Shown here piece by piece: positions 1 through 9,217 of a stretch of DNA of 64,000 nucleotides. The position numbers and the translations under genes are program-made. The DNA lies in IMG/VR virus record IMGVR_UViG_3300047472_000309, positions 186,001 through 250,000 of that record. The stretch is one strand, 5' to 3'. How positions within the stretch are numbered: the stretch's first letter is position 1; each line of letters begins with the position of its first letter. The notes under the pieces were generated by a model that worked only from the letters and a program-made list of their open reading frames with translations, was not told the origin of the DNA and did not search any database.

Positions 1-1356
1 GGTTGCGGCAGACATGTCTTCGGTTTCCTTGTTGTCGGCGATTTCGGGTTGTGCTGCGGGCTGCTCAGTTTGCACCGGCAGTTCTTGTTGCGGCGACTTC
101 GCTTGGGCTGCTGCGCGCTGAGTGGCGTGATACGCCGCCAGCGGTTCGTTCACTTTCAGCTTCGGGTTGGCAATACCGGGCTTCAGTACCCAGACATTCG
201 CGCGGCCTTCCTTGGAGATGTCGAACCACCCTTCGATGCCCAATGCCGAGAGACGATTGGTGATGCTCTTGGCTGACTGGCTTGGACGCACCAACTGCAC
301 CAGCGTGATCACGTCCTCCGACTTGTACGGCTTGTGGTCGGACATCACCTTCCAGATGAGCGTGTTCAAATGGTCGTCTTCCGCCATCGTCGGGGCAAGG
401 TCAATCACGGGATTCATCGGTGCTTCCGGGGTTGTGTTCACTTTCTCGACGGCTTCAGCCGAGGCCTCTTCCTGCGCCAGGACGCTCGCGCCGTCCACCT
501 TCTCAGCACGCTCAGCATTGAGCGCATCGGAGACGATCGAGAACACTGAACCGACTTCGCGCGACGCCGAATGCAGCGGCGCGAAGTTGCCCTGCGCGCT
601 GGATTCATACATCGCACCGACACGCACTTCGCGTTGGCTCTCGGCCGCGGACGCCGTGAGATTGCCACGGATCTGGGCGAGCGCCGTTTGCTCTTCCAGG
701 AGCACCTGGTTCAGCGGCTTGGGCATCGGCACGTGCTTCTTCATCGAGTAGCGCATGCCGCCCGAACCACCATCGCGACGGTCGAAGTAGTTACGCGAGT
801 TGATCATCGAATCGACCCGACGATTGATCTGCACGCGATCGAACTTGTACTCGGCCAGCATCGCACAGATTTCGTTCTTGGTGCGGGCCTTGTTATCGGA
901 CATCACCTTCCAGATCGCCACATCCAGACCTTCTTCGAGGACGATGACGCCCTTGGGGTCCGGGGCTTGGCGAGTGCCCACTGGGTCAGTGAGCTTGAAC
1001 GCAGCGGCTTTGTTGCGGGCACTGGTGATGGTTTCCACCGGCTTACGCTTGAGGGTGTAAGTTGCGGGACGACCTGTAATAGTCATGATTTCGAATTTTC
1101 CTTCATTGACGAACTTGTTCATGAGAGCCGGAATCTGATCTGCGTCCGGATGCTTGGCCAAACAGCGCTGCACATCGCCTACCGTCCAACCCCGGTAGTT
1201 AGTCATCAGTGCGAGCATCGCCACGTCGATGTCTTCGAGTGCGGTCGGTGCGTTCTCAGCTGCCGCCAGTTGTTGCGCAAAAGGTTTCTCAGGCTTCGCC
1301 GGAGTGAACAATTGGTGAATGTTACGCAGATCTTTCAGGGCACGACCTTTAGCCAT
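1..1356 (-). CDS. Partial (runs off the 5' end of the window) protein with three tandem winged-helix-like modules, >452 aa
   Basis: Not in the ORF track (no stop in window). Manual translation from ATG 1356 (AGGAG RBS) is open to base 1: MAKGRALKDL... Repeats: DVAMLALMTNYRGWTVGDV / DVAIWKVMSDNKARTKNEI / NTLIWKVMSDHKPYKSEDV. Confidence 0.8.
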   Translation of the reverse strand, partial: MAKGRALKDLRNIHQLFTPAKPEKPFAQQLAAAENAPTALEDIDVAMLALMTNYRGWTVGDVQRCLAKHPDADQIPALMNKFVNEGKFEIMTITGRPATYTLKRKPVETITSARNKAAAFKLTDPVGTRQAPDPKGVIVLEEGLDVAIWKVMSDNKARTKNEICAMLAEYKFDRVQINRRVDSMINSRNYFDRRDGGSGGMRYSMKKHVPMPKPLNQVLLEEQTALAQIRGNLTASAAESQREVRVGAMYESSAQGNFAPLHSASREVGSVFSIVSDALNAERAEKVDGASVLAQEEASAEAVEKVNTTPEAPMNPVIDLAPTMAEDDHLNTLIWKVMSDHKPYKSEDVITLVQLVRPSQSAKSITNRLSALGIEGWFDISKEGRANVWVLKPGIANPKLKVNEPLAAYHATQRAAAQAKSPQQELPVQTEQPAAQPEIADNKETEDMSAAT

Positions 1357-1432
1357 CACAAACAGCTCCTTTATCTTCTTCGTTGATCAATTCAAGCCTA
1401 GGAGAAGAATGTACTACAACCTTCTCACTCCT

Positions 1433-1447
1433 GTTATATAGGGCTGA
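1433..1447 (-). promoter_or_regulatory. Phage early-promoter-like motif TCAGCCCTATATAAC
   Basis: Intergenic; near-identical copies at 17273, 45407 and 48758; resembles the phiKZ early consensus TATATTAC. Confidence 0.75.
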
Positions 1448-1510
1448 TTTTATCTGGAATCCTTGATCTGGGTCCTCATTCCACCATAGACAGATCATGG
1501 CGAGCACGAG

Positions 1511-1545
1511 TAAAAACGGCATAGACCCAGGGCCGTAGCCCTGGG
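1511..1545 (-). terminator. Intrinsic terminator hairpin followed by TATGCCG and a T-run
   Basis: Minus strand CCCAGGGC-TACG-GCCCTGGG TC TATGCCG TTTTT. Confidence 0.75.
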
Positions 1546-1551
1546 CATCGA

Positions 1552-2052
1552 TTAGGTCGGGTTCGACCAGACGATCTTGGCAATGGCCGCTGGATCGCTC
1601 AGCATCATCACCTGCACTTCGAGCTGGGCCTTTTGGGCGATGCACTTGCTAATCCAGTTAAAGCCATCGATGCCGACTTGCTGGATTTGCGCAGCGTTGT
1701 GACCGCGCATTGCCCAGTTGCTGTAGCGGTCCGCACACCAGAAGAGCACCGAGGTGAACCCCGGCAACATCGAGCGCTGCACCGCTGCATTCAGGTTCGC
1801 CTGATCCGTGCTTTTGGCCGGATAGTGGTAGACTGCCCCCAGCGCACTGGAATTGAAGCCACCGACAATAGCGGCTGCACAAGCGTCGTCGATTTGCTGG
1901 ATTTGCAGGTTCTGGATTTCCCCCAACGGCGTGGGGATGTCCGCCAGCGCTTCCGCATCACTGATCACCGTAGCACCGGCAGGCAGATCATGCGCGAACG
2001 CAATCGAATTGAAAAACAGAATATTGCCGCTCGCGTCGCGGTAGTAAGGCAT
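1552..2052 (-). CDS. DUF4376-like tail fibre assembly/chaperone protein
   Basis: QIDDACAAAIVGGFNSSALGAVYHYPAKSTDQANL and FWCAD...H..AQIQQVG pattern; follows fibre genes. Confidence 0.65.
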   Translation of the reverse strand: MPYYRDASGNILFFNSIAFAHDLPAGATVISDAEALADIPTPLGEIQNLQIQQIDDACAAAIVGGFNSSALGAVYHYPAKSTDQANLNAAVQRSMLPGFTSVLFWCADRYSNWAMRGHNAAQIQQVGIDGFNWISKCIAQKAQLEVQVMMLSDPAAIAKIVWSNPT

Positions 2053-2072
2053 CGGAAAACCTCAAAATAAAA

Positions 2073-2762
2073 TTAGGACCACGCAAGGCTCGCGCTTTGG
2101 TCAGGAGTACCGTTAGAGACAGGAATCGAAGAGCCCGCAGCGGTAGCCGACACTCGATAGACGTCAACACGCACCACTCGTCCAATCGTATTCGTGGTGA
2201 CATTGCCCGAGGCATCCGTCACGATCTTACCAATGTACATATTGGTGTTGGATTCGGCCAGCACGGTAGACGAAGCGATGATGCTGACCACTCCGGCTGT
2301 CAGCTTCAGGTAGTAAAGCGTCGTGGCATTGGTCGCATAGCCGAGACTGTAAGCACCGAGCGTAAATGCTTGGCCCGCAATCAGACACGGAATGCCCGCC
2401 GCGAAATTCAGGGTCTTATTCGACGTATTGAGGGTAGCTGGAATCGCAGTACCCATCGCATCGCCAAAAGCAGACAGCGGAACAATACCGGAGGGCAAGA
2501 GCGACGCGACGGCCGTGTCAATCTGGCCCGAGCTATACGCACCAATCTGGTTGGCGGTCGTGCCGTGTGGGTTGTTGGTGTTATTGGCGTGCGCGTCCGT
2601 ATGGGCGTTCGCCGTGTTGGTCAACTGGGTGGCGGTCTGGCCATTGAGGGCCAGTGCGTTATCGGCCGAGAAGGCAGTTTGCACCTTGCGGCTAATCCCA
2701 CCTACTACCGCCTCGCTAAAGGTATTCAGCGCGCCGTTCAATCCGCTCAGGTCCATGATCAC
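2073..2762 (-). CDS. Virion structural/tail fibre protein; short paralogue of 2852..6145 (start may be ATG 2756)
   Basis: HANNTNNPHGTTANQIG fibre motif; C-terminus RVDVYRVSATAAGSSIPVSNGTP matches RLGNYRVSATRAGGAIPVSGGTP of the 1097-aa protein. Confidence 0.7.
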   Translation of the reverse strand: MIMDLSGLNGALNTFSEAVVGGISRKVQTAFSADNALALNGQTATQLTNTANAHTDAHANNTNNPHGTTANQIGAYSSGQIDTAVASLLPSGIVPLSAFGDAMGTAIPATLNTSNKTLNFAAGIPCLIAGQAFTLGAYSLGYATNATTLYYLKLTAGVVSIIASSTVLAESNTNMYIGKIVTDASGNVTTNTIGRVVRVDVYRVSATAAGSSIPVSNGTPDQSASLAWS

Positions 2763-2805
2763 ATCCGTGTAAAGAGATCTTCTATAAGATTGCCGATTAA
2801 AACGA

Positions 2806-2840
2806 CAGCATAAAAACCAGGATACCGAAGTACCCTGGTT
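2806..2840 (-). terminator. Terminator hairpin (UUCG loop) followed by TTTTTATGCTG
   Basis: Minus strand AACCAGGGTAC-TTCG-GTATCCTGGTT-TTTATGCTG. Confidence 0.8.
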
Positions 2841-2851
2841 CTCATGAACGT

Positions 2852-5800
2852 TTACTTCCAGGTGAGCACTGCCGTTGCATCAGGCGTACCGCCCGAGACC
2901 GGAATCGCCCCACCTGCGCGTGTTGCCGAAACCCGGTAATTCCCCAAACGCGTGACCTTTTGCATGTTGATCGCACTGATCTGCGTCGCATTGGTGACCA
3001 GCGTACCAATGAAAAGCACAGTCGGTGACTCCGGCTGATCAGTGGTGCGAATCACGTATGCCGGGGTCCCATTGGTGAACACCGCGTAGATGTAGAAAGT
3101 CGTGCTCGCCGGGTTGGCTTGGATAGTGGTCAGATCAATCGTGGCCGGTTGCAGCTTGTAATACACGCCATTCATGATCAAAGGCTGAATGTCCGTAAAG
3201 TAGACAATCCAGCCTTGGGCCACATCCTGCGACACCTGTACGGACCAATTGGCTTGCGCGGACTGGCTCCAGGCATCGTAAGTCGAGAGGTTGGTCGCAA
3301 AGGGTCGGAACGTGAGCTTAGTTAAGTCATCGGAATTCGTCACCAGTTGTTGGAATTCCCCGAAGCCCTTGCCAGGTACCCCACCCCAAAAGGTCGAGGC
3401 GATTTGCCCCCACACCGGATTGGTCACCAAACGATTCCAGTCCGGGCGGTTCGTACTCTTGGGCACCGCAAAGCGATACGTGTAGATGCCCGTGAAGATC
3501 ACCCGATTCAGGAAGTGTTTGGATGTCCCGCCGATGAGCCAGCAGTCCGAACACTCAACGATGGTCACCCCGCCACCCATGTAGGTGTACTTGTAGCTAC
3601 TTTGGTTATCCGTGAAGGCGCCCGCAAAGCTGTAATTCTGCTTCGCTGGGGACACCGATACCAACGACAAGCCCGTAATGGCCCCGGCGCGAGACCCCGC
3701 CGTAATGGAGAGTTCTCCCAGTGCCGCCATGTCTTTCGCCACGGCGTCGGTCGAAATCCAATTCAACACGGCAAACGGCGGAATCGAAGCGTTCTGCGGC
3801 ACCACGATGGTTACGCGCGAATCCACTGCGCCCACTCCCAATGCAGCGAGCATCGCGGACTTAATCGACCCATACAGCGCAGGCGCGATTGAGGTACTGC
3901 CCGTGAGCGTCAGGTTGCTATCACAGTTCGTGTAACCTGTATTGGAAATGTTCTCCATATACGAAGCACCCGTACAGGTGATCGCCCCTGCGGCGGTGAT
4001 TTCACTGATCATGCCCGCATACGTGACGGGATTCTTCCCGAGGTCCGTTAAGAACTGCCGGTAGGCGTTCGGGGCAAAACCCGTGAGCGTGCCGAAGTTC
4101 TGCGAACTGTAGGTATAGCCGTCCGCGCCCTTTTGAGCCAGGATCAGATCGGTCTGGAAACTTCCCGCGGCGTTCTTGCCACCCCCGTACACCATCACCC
4201 GGTTATTGGGAAGCTGAAACGAACCCATCAAGCCTCCGCCTACGGCCGACCCATACGCGGGTGTGAACACGGTGTTAAGCTTACCCGTGACTGTCAAACC
4301 ACCCGCCAGGGCGAGCACCGGCGCAATCGCGCCCGCGTTCAGCTTACACCGAGTGACCCAACAATTCAAATCCGGCTGGTTCTGATCCACCACCGACACC
4401 CAGTAACCCGATGGGTGATAGGAAAGCGTTTCACCCGTGAGCCAGTTACCTGAGGAAATCGAGCTGCGGTCTGTCAACAGAATAGGTCCCGAGAGAGCGA
4501 CCTTATTGCTACCGTCTAGCGCCACGGTTAGCGGACCCTTATAGTTGGACTCGACACCGCCGGTGCGATTCGTCGGATTCCACACAAAGGTGTAGAACAT
4601 ATTGACCACAGGTTGCTCGCCAGTAGCCGGATTTTGCACCAGGAACTCCACCATGATGCGGGTGCGGACATTGCCATCTGAGCCTTGTGCACTATACGTG
4701 CAGTGACCCAATTGGTTGGGATAGAACGGCACGATGTAGCAGCCGCTCGCACTCGGATCGCGCACCACCAGCGGTTGATTGGCCGCCACATCCACGCAGG
4801 CGTTGGCAAAGCGCATGTTGGTGGTGGAGATATTCTGCCCGTAGAAGCTATTGATCGTCCAGCCTGTCAACGCAGTGGGAACGACCGTATTGCCGTTGCC
4901 GATGGAGGACAAGGGGATCTGGTAGATCTGGTATTCCACTGGCAGACCGGTATTGTCCGCCAAGTCCGCATTAGGGAACATCAGGAACACCGAATCATTA
5001 CCGACGAACGCTTCCGGGTAGGCGTTATTAATCACGCCCGGCAAATTACTTGCCGAAATCACGCAGCCCGTGTGATTGGCGTCGTTAAAGGTGCCGTGGG
5101 TGAGCGAGAGGAACCAGTCCGTGAGATTGTTGCTGGCATCTTGCAGGCGACCCAAAATACAGGCGCCATTGATGTCACTGCGACACACGTAGCGTGCGCT
5201 GGAACCCGACGGGAAATACGCCGGAGCATACTTGCGATTGGTGCGGGTGGGCGTGAGATCTGTAGCCGCCAACACGTTTTTCGTATAGGCGTAGTAAACC
5301 CCTTGCTTCGAGCCATTGGTGCCACTGCGCAAGAACACAAAGGTGCCATCGTCTTCCACAATACCCGGATAGTTACGGGCTTCTCCGTAGAGGGCGATGT
5401 TGGTGGTGGCGCCCTCAAACGAACCCGAGACCCCGGCCGGAAGATAACTAAGCTCCCCGTAGCGCGTGAGCGGCATGCCACTAAAGGCTACCCGACCCTG
5501 CAACTGACTATCGACCTGGGTCTTCGAATAGGTGCCCGCCTGAAGTGGTGTGACGTTGTGCGATTGACCAGATGTCGCTGCGTGCGCATCCAGATCGGCT
5601 TCCAAGGCTGTGATCACTTCAGCCGGGGTTGCGTCACTCAGTTCAGCCGCATTGTCGGCCGTGACCGCTTCTTGCACCTTGGTATTCACCAGCGCTGAGT
5701 TATACGGCGCCACAAAGTCCGTCATGGCGGTCTGCAGACTTTGTAGGGAGGACGTGAGTGGGCTCGTACTCGGTGTTGCTTTCAGTGCTCGATGCGGTGC

Positions 5801-6145
5801 CGCCATCATCCGCAAAGCCATCCTGGGGGCAGGAGCAGGCTCGACCACTTCGTCGACCACTACTGGTTCAGGTTCAGGCGTTGGTTCGGGCTCAGCTTCA
5901 GGTTCAACCGCTGCGACAAGTTCTTCGACCACTGGTTCAGGTTCAGGAGCAGGTTCTTCTACCGGCTCAACGACAGTGGGTTCTTGCGCTGGCGCTTCAG
6001 CGACACTGAGGGTCTCGGTAGACTCAGTCGTCTCAGTTGGTGCCGCAGTCTCTTGAACTTCTTGTGGCGCTTCTTGTGGCATCAGTTCGCCAGTCGGATC
6101 GAGTATTTTGACCAGCGCTGCTAACTTGGTCTTGATCAAGCTCAT
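2852..6145 (-). CDS. Large virion structural/tail fibre protein with an acidic Pro/Glu-rich N-terminal extension
   Basis: 1097 aa, rich in Gly/Ser/Thr/Asn beta-strand sequence; shares N- and C-terminal motifs with 2073..2762; TATG element upstream. Confidence 0.7.
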   Translation of the reverse strand: MSLIKTKLAALVKILDPTGELMPQEAPQEVQETAAPTETTESTETLSVAEAPAQEPTVVEPVEEPAPEPEPVVEELVAAVEPEAEPEPTPEPEPVVVDEVVEPAPAPRMALRMMAAPHRALKATPSTSPLTSSLQSLQTAMTDFVAPYNSALVNTKVQEAVTADNAAELSDATPAEVITALEADLDAHAATSGQSHNVTPLQAGTYSKTQVDSQLQGRVAFSGMPLTRYGELSYLPAGVSGSFEGATTNIALYGEARNYPGIVEDDGTFVFLRSGTNGSKQGVYYAYTKNVLAATDLTPTRTNRKYAPAYFPSGSSARYVCRSDINGACILGRLQDASNNLTDWFLSLTHGTFNDANHTGCVISASNLPGVINNAYPEAFVGNDSVFLMFPNADLADNTGLPVEYQIYQIPLSSIGNGNTVVPTALTGWTINSFYGQNISTTNMRFANACVDVAANQPLVVRDPSASGCYIVPFYPNQLGHCTYSAQGSDGNVRTRIMVEFLVQNPATGEQPVVNMFYTFVWNPTNRTGGVESNYKGPLTVALDGSNKVALSGPILLTDRSSISSGNWLTGETLSYHPSGYWVSVVDQNQPDLNCWVTRCKLNAGAIAPVLALAGGLTVTGKLNTVFTPAYGSAVGGGLMGSFQLPNNRVMVYGGGKNAAGSFQTDLILAQKGADGYTYSSQNFGTLTGFAPNAYRQFLTDLGKNPVTYAGMISEITAAGAITCTGASYMENISNTGYTNCDSNLTLTGSTSIAPALYGSIKSAMLAALGVGAVDSRVTIVVPQNASIPPFAVLNWISTDAVAKDMAALGELSITAGSRAGAITGLSLVSVSPAKQNYSFAGAFTDNQSSYKYTYMGGGVTIVECSDCWLIGGTSKHFLNRVIFTGIYTYRFAVPKSTNRPDWNRLVTNPVWGQIASTFWGGVPGKGFGEFQQLVTNSDDLTKLTFRPFATNLSTYDAWSQSAQANWSVQVSQDVAQGWIVYFTDIQPLIMNGVYYKLQPATIDLTTIQANPASTTFYIYAVFTNGTPAYVIRTTDQPESPTVLFIGTLVTNATQISAINMQKVTRLGNYRVSATRAGGAIPVSGGTPDATAVLTWK

Positions 6146-6183
6146 GATGTCCTCTTGCTTAGTATTAACATAGCATGGACGAG

Positions 6184-6212
6184 CGGCATAAAGCCCGGAG
6201 GTTTCCCTCCGG
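6184..6212 (-). terminator. Hairpin (GAAA loop) followed by TTTATGCCG
   Basis: Minus strand CCGGAGG-GAAA-CCTCCGG-GCTTTATGCCG. Confidence 0.75.
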
Positions 6213-6226
6213 ACCCATGCAAGGCT

Positions 6227-6802
6227 TTAATACGGGAAATCTGCCTTCTTGATTTTCACCATGCGGCCATCTTCGTGATGCCACACGATGCCCTCAATCG
6301 AGCGATCCCGCAGGTACTCCATCAGACCCGTGAAAGTACGCGGACAGTCTTCCACCAGATCCTTCCCATGCGGGATCAGAACATGCTCGGTCAACTTTTC
6401 CGGATTGGCACCATGACGCGTTCCAATCTTCGGCCCACACACTTCGTACGTTCCATCCGGTACCTCGACCCACTGATCCAGCGCTTTGAGCACAGCTTCC
6501 ATCACGTACTTACCGGCAGGCGTTTGGGCGCTAACCCAGCCCGGCCAGTGACCCGTGACGGGGTCCGGTGCAGCTTGAGCAGGGATGAAGCCTTCGGGCT
6601 TTTTGCGACCCGTCTTCAGATCGAAGCGCATGAATGCGCACTGATCCTTGATCAGAACCGCAACGCCGTCCCACTTGCGCGTGGCGATGCCTTCGCCATT
6701 TTGCACCCACTCTGCACCCGGCACGACTTCGTCGCGCGCTTTGCGCTCGCCAGCCGAGTTCGGCTCGTAATTGCGTTGAAACAGCGACATGATTTTCTGC
6801 AT
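6227..6802 (-). CDS. RNA-ligase-like nucleotidyltransferase (DUF5565-like)
   Basis: Motif I ATRKWDG (KxDG), TYEVCGPKI, EGIVWHH and terminal MVKIK motif V. Confidence 0.7.
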   Translation of the reverse strand: MQKIMSLFQRNYEPNSAGERKARDEVVPGAEWVQNGEGIATRKWDGVAVLIKDQCAFMRFDLKTGRKKPEGFIPAQAAPDPVTGHWPGWVSAQTPAGKYVMEAVLKALDQWVEVPDGTYEVCGPKIGTRHGANPEKLTEHVLIPHGKDLVEDCPRTFTGLMEYLRDRSIEGIVWHHEDGRMVKIKKADFPY

Positions 6803-6874
6803 AACTACACCTTAATGTTGAGTTCGAAGTTTTCGATCCCATCACCCCTCACCATTAAGGTTTACATCTACTGC

Positions 6875-7261
6875 TTATCGATCGTGCGGCCGTTCCCGCA
6901 CTTCACCGGTTGACCGCAGGCGACGATTGTAGTTCACGCGGGTTACGCGCACCGTCATCGTCACGCCTTCCAACGCTTCCCGATTGGTCGTTGGTGCTAA
7001 GGTGACATCCCCGAGCTCTGTGTTAAACACCACCAGCCCTTCATGCTTGCCGTTGCGTTTCAGCTCGAAACCGATCTGACGCGCAGGCATGGGCATGCGC
7101 CGGATGGCGTGCCACTCAAAGCCTTGTCCCTCAACACTCACTACTTCGACCGACTCCACGCAATCAGTGTCATCAGCGTACTCCATGCGATCCGTCTCAG
7201 ACAACAAGTTGTGCGAGGCGGGCATCCCCAGGTCAATCTTAACTTCGTCGTAATTGCTCAT
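6875..7261 (-). CDS. Hypothetical protein
   Basis: 128-aa ORF in the co-directional gene run. Confidence 0.6.
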   Translation of the reverse strand: MSNYDEVKIDLGMPASHNLLSETDRMEYADDTDCVESVEVVSVEGQGFEWHAIRRMPMPARQIGFELKRNGKHEGLVVFNTELGDVTLAPTTNREALEGVTMTVRVTRVNYNRRLRSTGEVRERPHDR

Positions 7262-7449
7262 CTTACACTCAAACAGAAACTGAAATGAATTAGGCCTTCT
7301 TCATCACGCTTCCTTTTTCATGTTGGCTCCTCGAGCAGGACGATCAGGTTGTGCTCTCCTGTTAGCCTCGCAATCGAGTGGAGAATACGGTCAGATCGGT
7401 CAAGTAGGCTTGTGTGCACAACATGGTGAATGCAAGACAAAAATTACTT

Positions 7450-8196
7450 TTACACGAAGTCCTTCGGTTGGGCAGCCAGCTCGTGCAACAAGGAACTCGG
7501 GTACTTATCCGGGTTCATGGCTTTGATCACTTCACCCATGTAGTTCTGGTGGTGATTGTCTTCCCAGTCCTTGACCGTGTGATGCAGGAGTCGACACGGA
7601 TTACAGCGCGTACACGCTTTGATAGTCTTGTGCGCTCCCTCGCCAATCTCGTAGGGCGTCTCACACACCCAGGTGGCCATCACGAGGCGCTTATCGATCC
7701 GATCAACGGTGTCGTACTTGGTGTGGTGCGTTTCCACCAGCGGGAAGACTAACTGCGGTACCGCTTCACGTGGGCCGCGTGTCATCACCCAGCCAGCTTC
7801 CCAGTAGGCTTTAAACTGGGGTTGATAGACTGGCGCTTGATCCCCGAGCACGTAGCCGACACTCACCGAATGATGGCGCTCCGAATCAAAGGCGATTAAA
7901 GCAGCCGTGAGCCAACTGATGGGCTGCACTGCCTTGATGTCGCTATTCTCGCCAAAGAGTCGATTCAGCTCGATCTCGTGATCCTTGAGCACCCGATGCT
8001 TATAGTGCTTTTCAAAGAGCGCGAAGAGCTTCTTGCGCGCTTCTTTCTCCTTGATCAACTTCAGCGGATGCGGGTTCGCTTGAACAAAGAGCGTATCCAC
8101 ATCCCCGTAATGCAGGAACCATTGAAGCAGGTAGGTCGAGTCCATGCCGCCTGAAAAAAGCAGGAGGGGGACTTTCTTGTTGTCTTCTTCTTCCAT
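7450..8196 (-). CDS. queC: QueC-like PP-loop ATPase (7-cyano-7-deazaguanine synthase family)
   Basis: LLFSGGMDST PP-loop; C-terminal WVC...CTRCNPC zinc motif; VGYVLGD and LVFPL segments. Confidence 0.7.
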   Translation of the reverse strand: MEEEDNKKVPLLLFSGGMDSTYLLQWFLHYGDVDTLFVQANPHPLKLIKEKEARKKLFALFEKHYKHRVLKDHEIELNRLFGENSDIKAVQPISWLTAALIAFDSERHHSVSVGYVLGDQAPVYQPQFKAYWEAGWVMTRGPREAVPQLVFPLVETHHTKYDTVDRIDKRLVMATWVCETPYEIGEGAHKTIKACTRCNPCRLLHHTVKDWEDNHHQNYMGEVIKAMNPDKYPSSLLHELAAQPKDFV

Positions 8197-8200
8197 GGTG

Positions 8201-8614
8201 TTAGACGTTAAAGAGTTCTTCGATGCTCACCTTCTTGTAGACCGGTGAGTAGCTATCCAACCACCCATCGGGCACGTAATGACACATGCCGTCCCGATAG
8301 AGCCCGAGCTTGATGAACTGGTCGATCATGTACTGGCCGACTAACTGGATCGCCCCCGCATAGATCTTACCGTCGTTCTCCGAGCCCTGCATTGCGTGTT
8401 CCTTAACGGTCCACTCCATGTAGGACTTCAGGCCCGCTTCCGCATCAATCGGATTGTTGATGTAGGGCGGCAAGAGTTCCAGCACTTCTGGCAGTGAACC
8501 CTCGAAGTCTTTCATCCAGTTGACCTTCTTGCGAAACACCGGTTCGATGTCCCACAGATCGAACACGATGCGCTCTGGACCCGGTGGGGTTTCCACTGTT
8601 TTAGGATAGAGCAT
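8201..8614 (-). CDS. Hypothetical protein; paralogue of 8617..9027
   Basis: GAIQLVGQYMIDQFIKLGLY resembles GVVELGEQLAQQFKELRAY. Confidence 0.7.
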   Translation of the reverse strand: MLYPKTVETPPGPERIVFDLWDIEPVFRKKVNWMKDFEGSLPEVLELLPPYINNPIDAEAGLKSYMEWTVKEHAMQGSENDGKIYAGAIQLVGQYMIDQFIKLGLYRDGMCHYVPDGWLDSYSPVYKKVSIEELFNV

Positions 8615-8616
8615 AA

Positions 8617-9027
8617 CTAGATCCTTGCGAGAATTAGATCGGCATGCGCAATGCGACCTGAGAGATAATAGTTCAGTTGCTTGTTGTGGTCATAGGCGCG
8701 CAGCTCTTTGAACTGCTGGGCTAACTGTTCACCCAGTTCCACCACGCCTTGAGCGAGCGCAATCGAGGACTGACCTTCGTCGGTCAGAAAACCTTCATCG
8801 CGAATTTGATTGGCGTAGTCCCACAGGCGTGAGTACGCCATTTGTTCGTGCGACACACAATCGACCACGCGATCGAGCACCATATCGAGATACTCTTCCA
8901 GATAGTCCTGGGCAATCACTTCGCCCTCGCACGTCTTATTGTGCTTAAAGAAAGCCGTGTCGTTCAAGAACCGCCGCATCGGTTCCATCGTGTCAATGAT
9001 GATGTATTCCGTTCCCATGTTTGCCAT
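8617..9027 (-). CDS. Hypothetical protein (start moved to ATG 9027); paralogue of 8201..8614
   Basis: GAGGAG RBS before MANMGTEY; the track's upstream extension crosses a hairpin. Confidence 0.7.
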   Translation of the reverse strand: MANMGTEYIIIDTMEPMRRFLNDTAFFKHNKTCEGEVIAQDYLEEYLDMVLDRVVDCVSHEQMAYSRLWDYANQIRDEGFLTDEGQSSIALAQGVVELGEQLAQQFKELRAYDHNKQLNYYLSGRIAHADLILARI

Positions 9028-9075
9028 GATGAGCTCCTCATTTCCGCATACCGTAAGCCGTGTATGTAAAAAATG

Positions 9076-9103
9076 CAGCATAGAGCCGGGACCGAAGTCC
9101 CGG
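9076..9103 (-). terminator. Hairpin (UUCG loop) followed by TATGCTG and a T-run
   Basis: Minus strand CCGGGAC-TTCG-GTCCCGG-CTCTATGCTGCATTTTT. Confidence 0.7.
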
Positions 9104-9217
9104 CATCCATGTCCCCTTTCCGGAGGAGGTCTCACGGTCTCATCGAGCGTATGCGCTTTCAATGAAGCGCTCTCATCGCGTAGACTTAACAGGCCACACA
9201 GGCTCTGCATAACATAG

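Noticed and set aside
5845-5950. Direct repeats TGGTTCAGGTTCAGG as a regulatory or CRISPR-like element
   Set aside because: They encode the PEPEP low-complexity tract of the 1097-aa protein.
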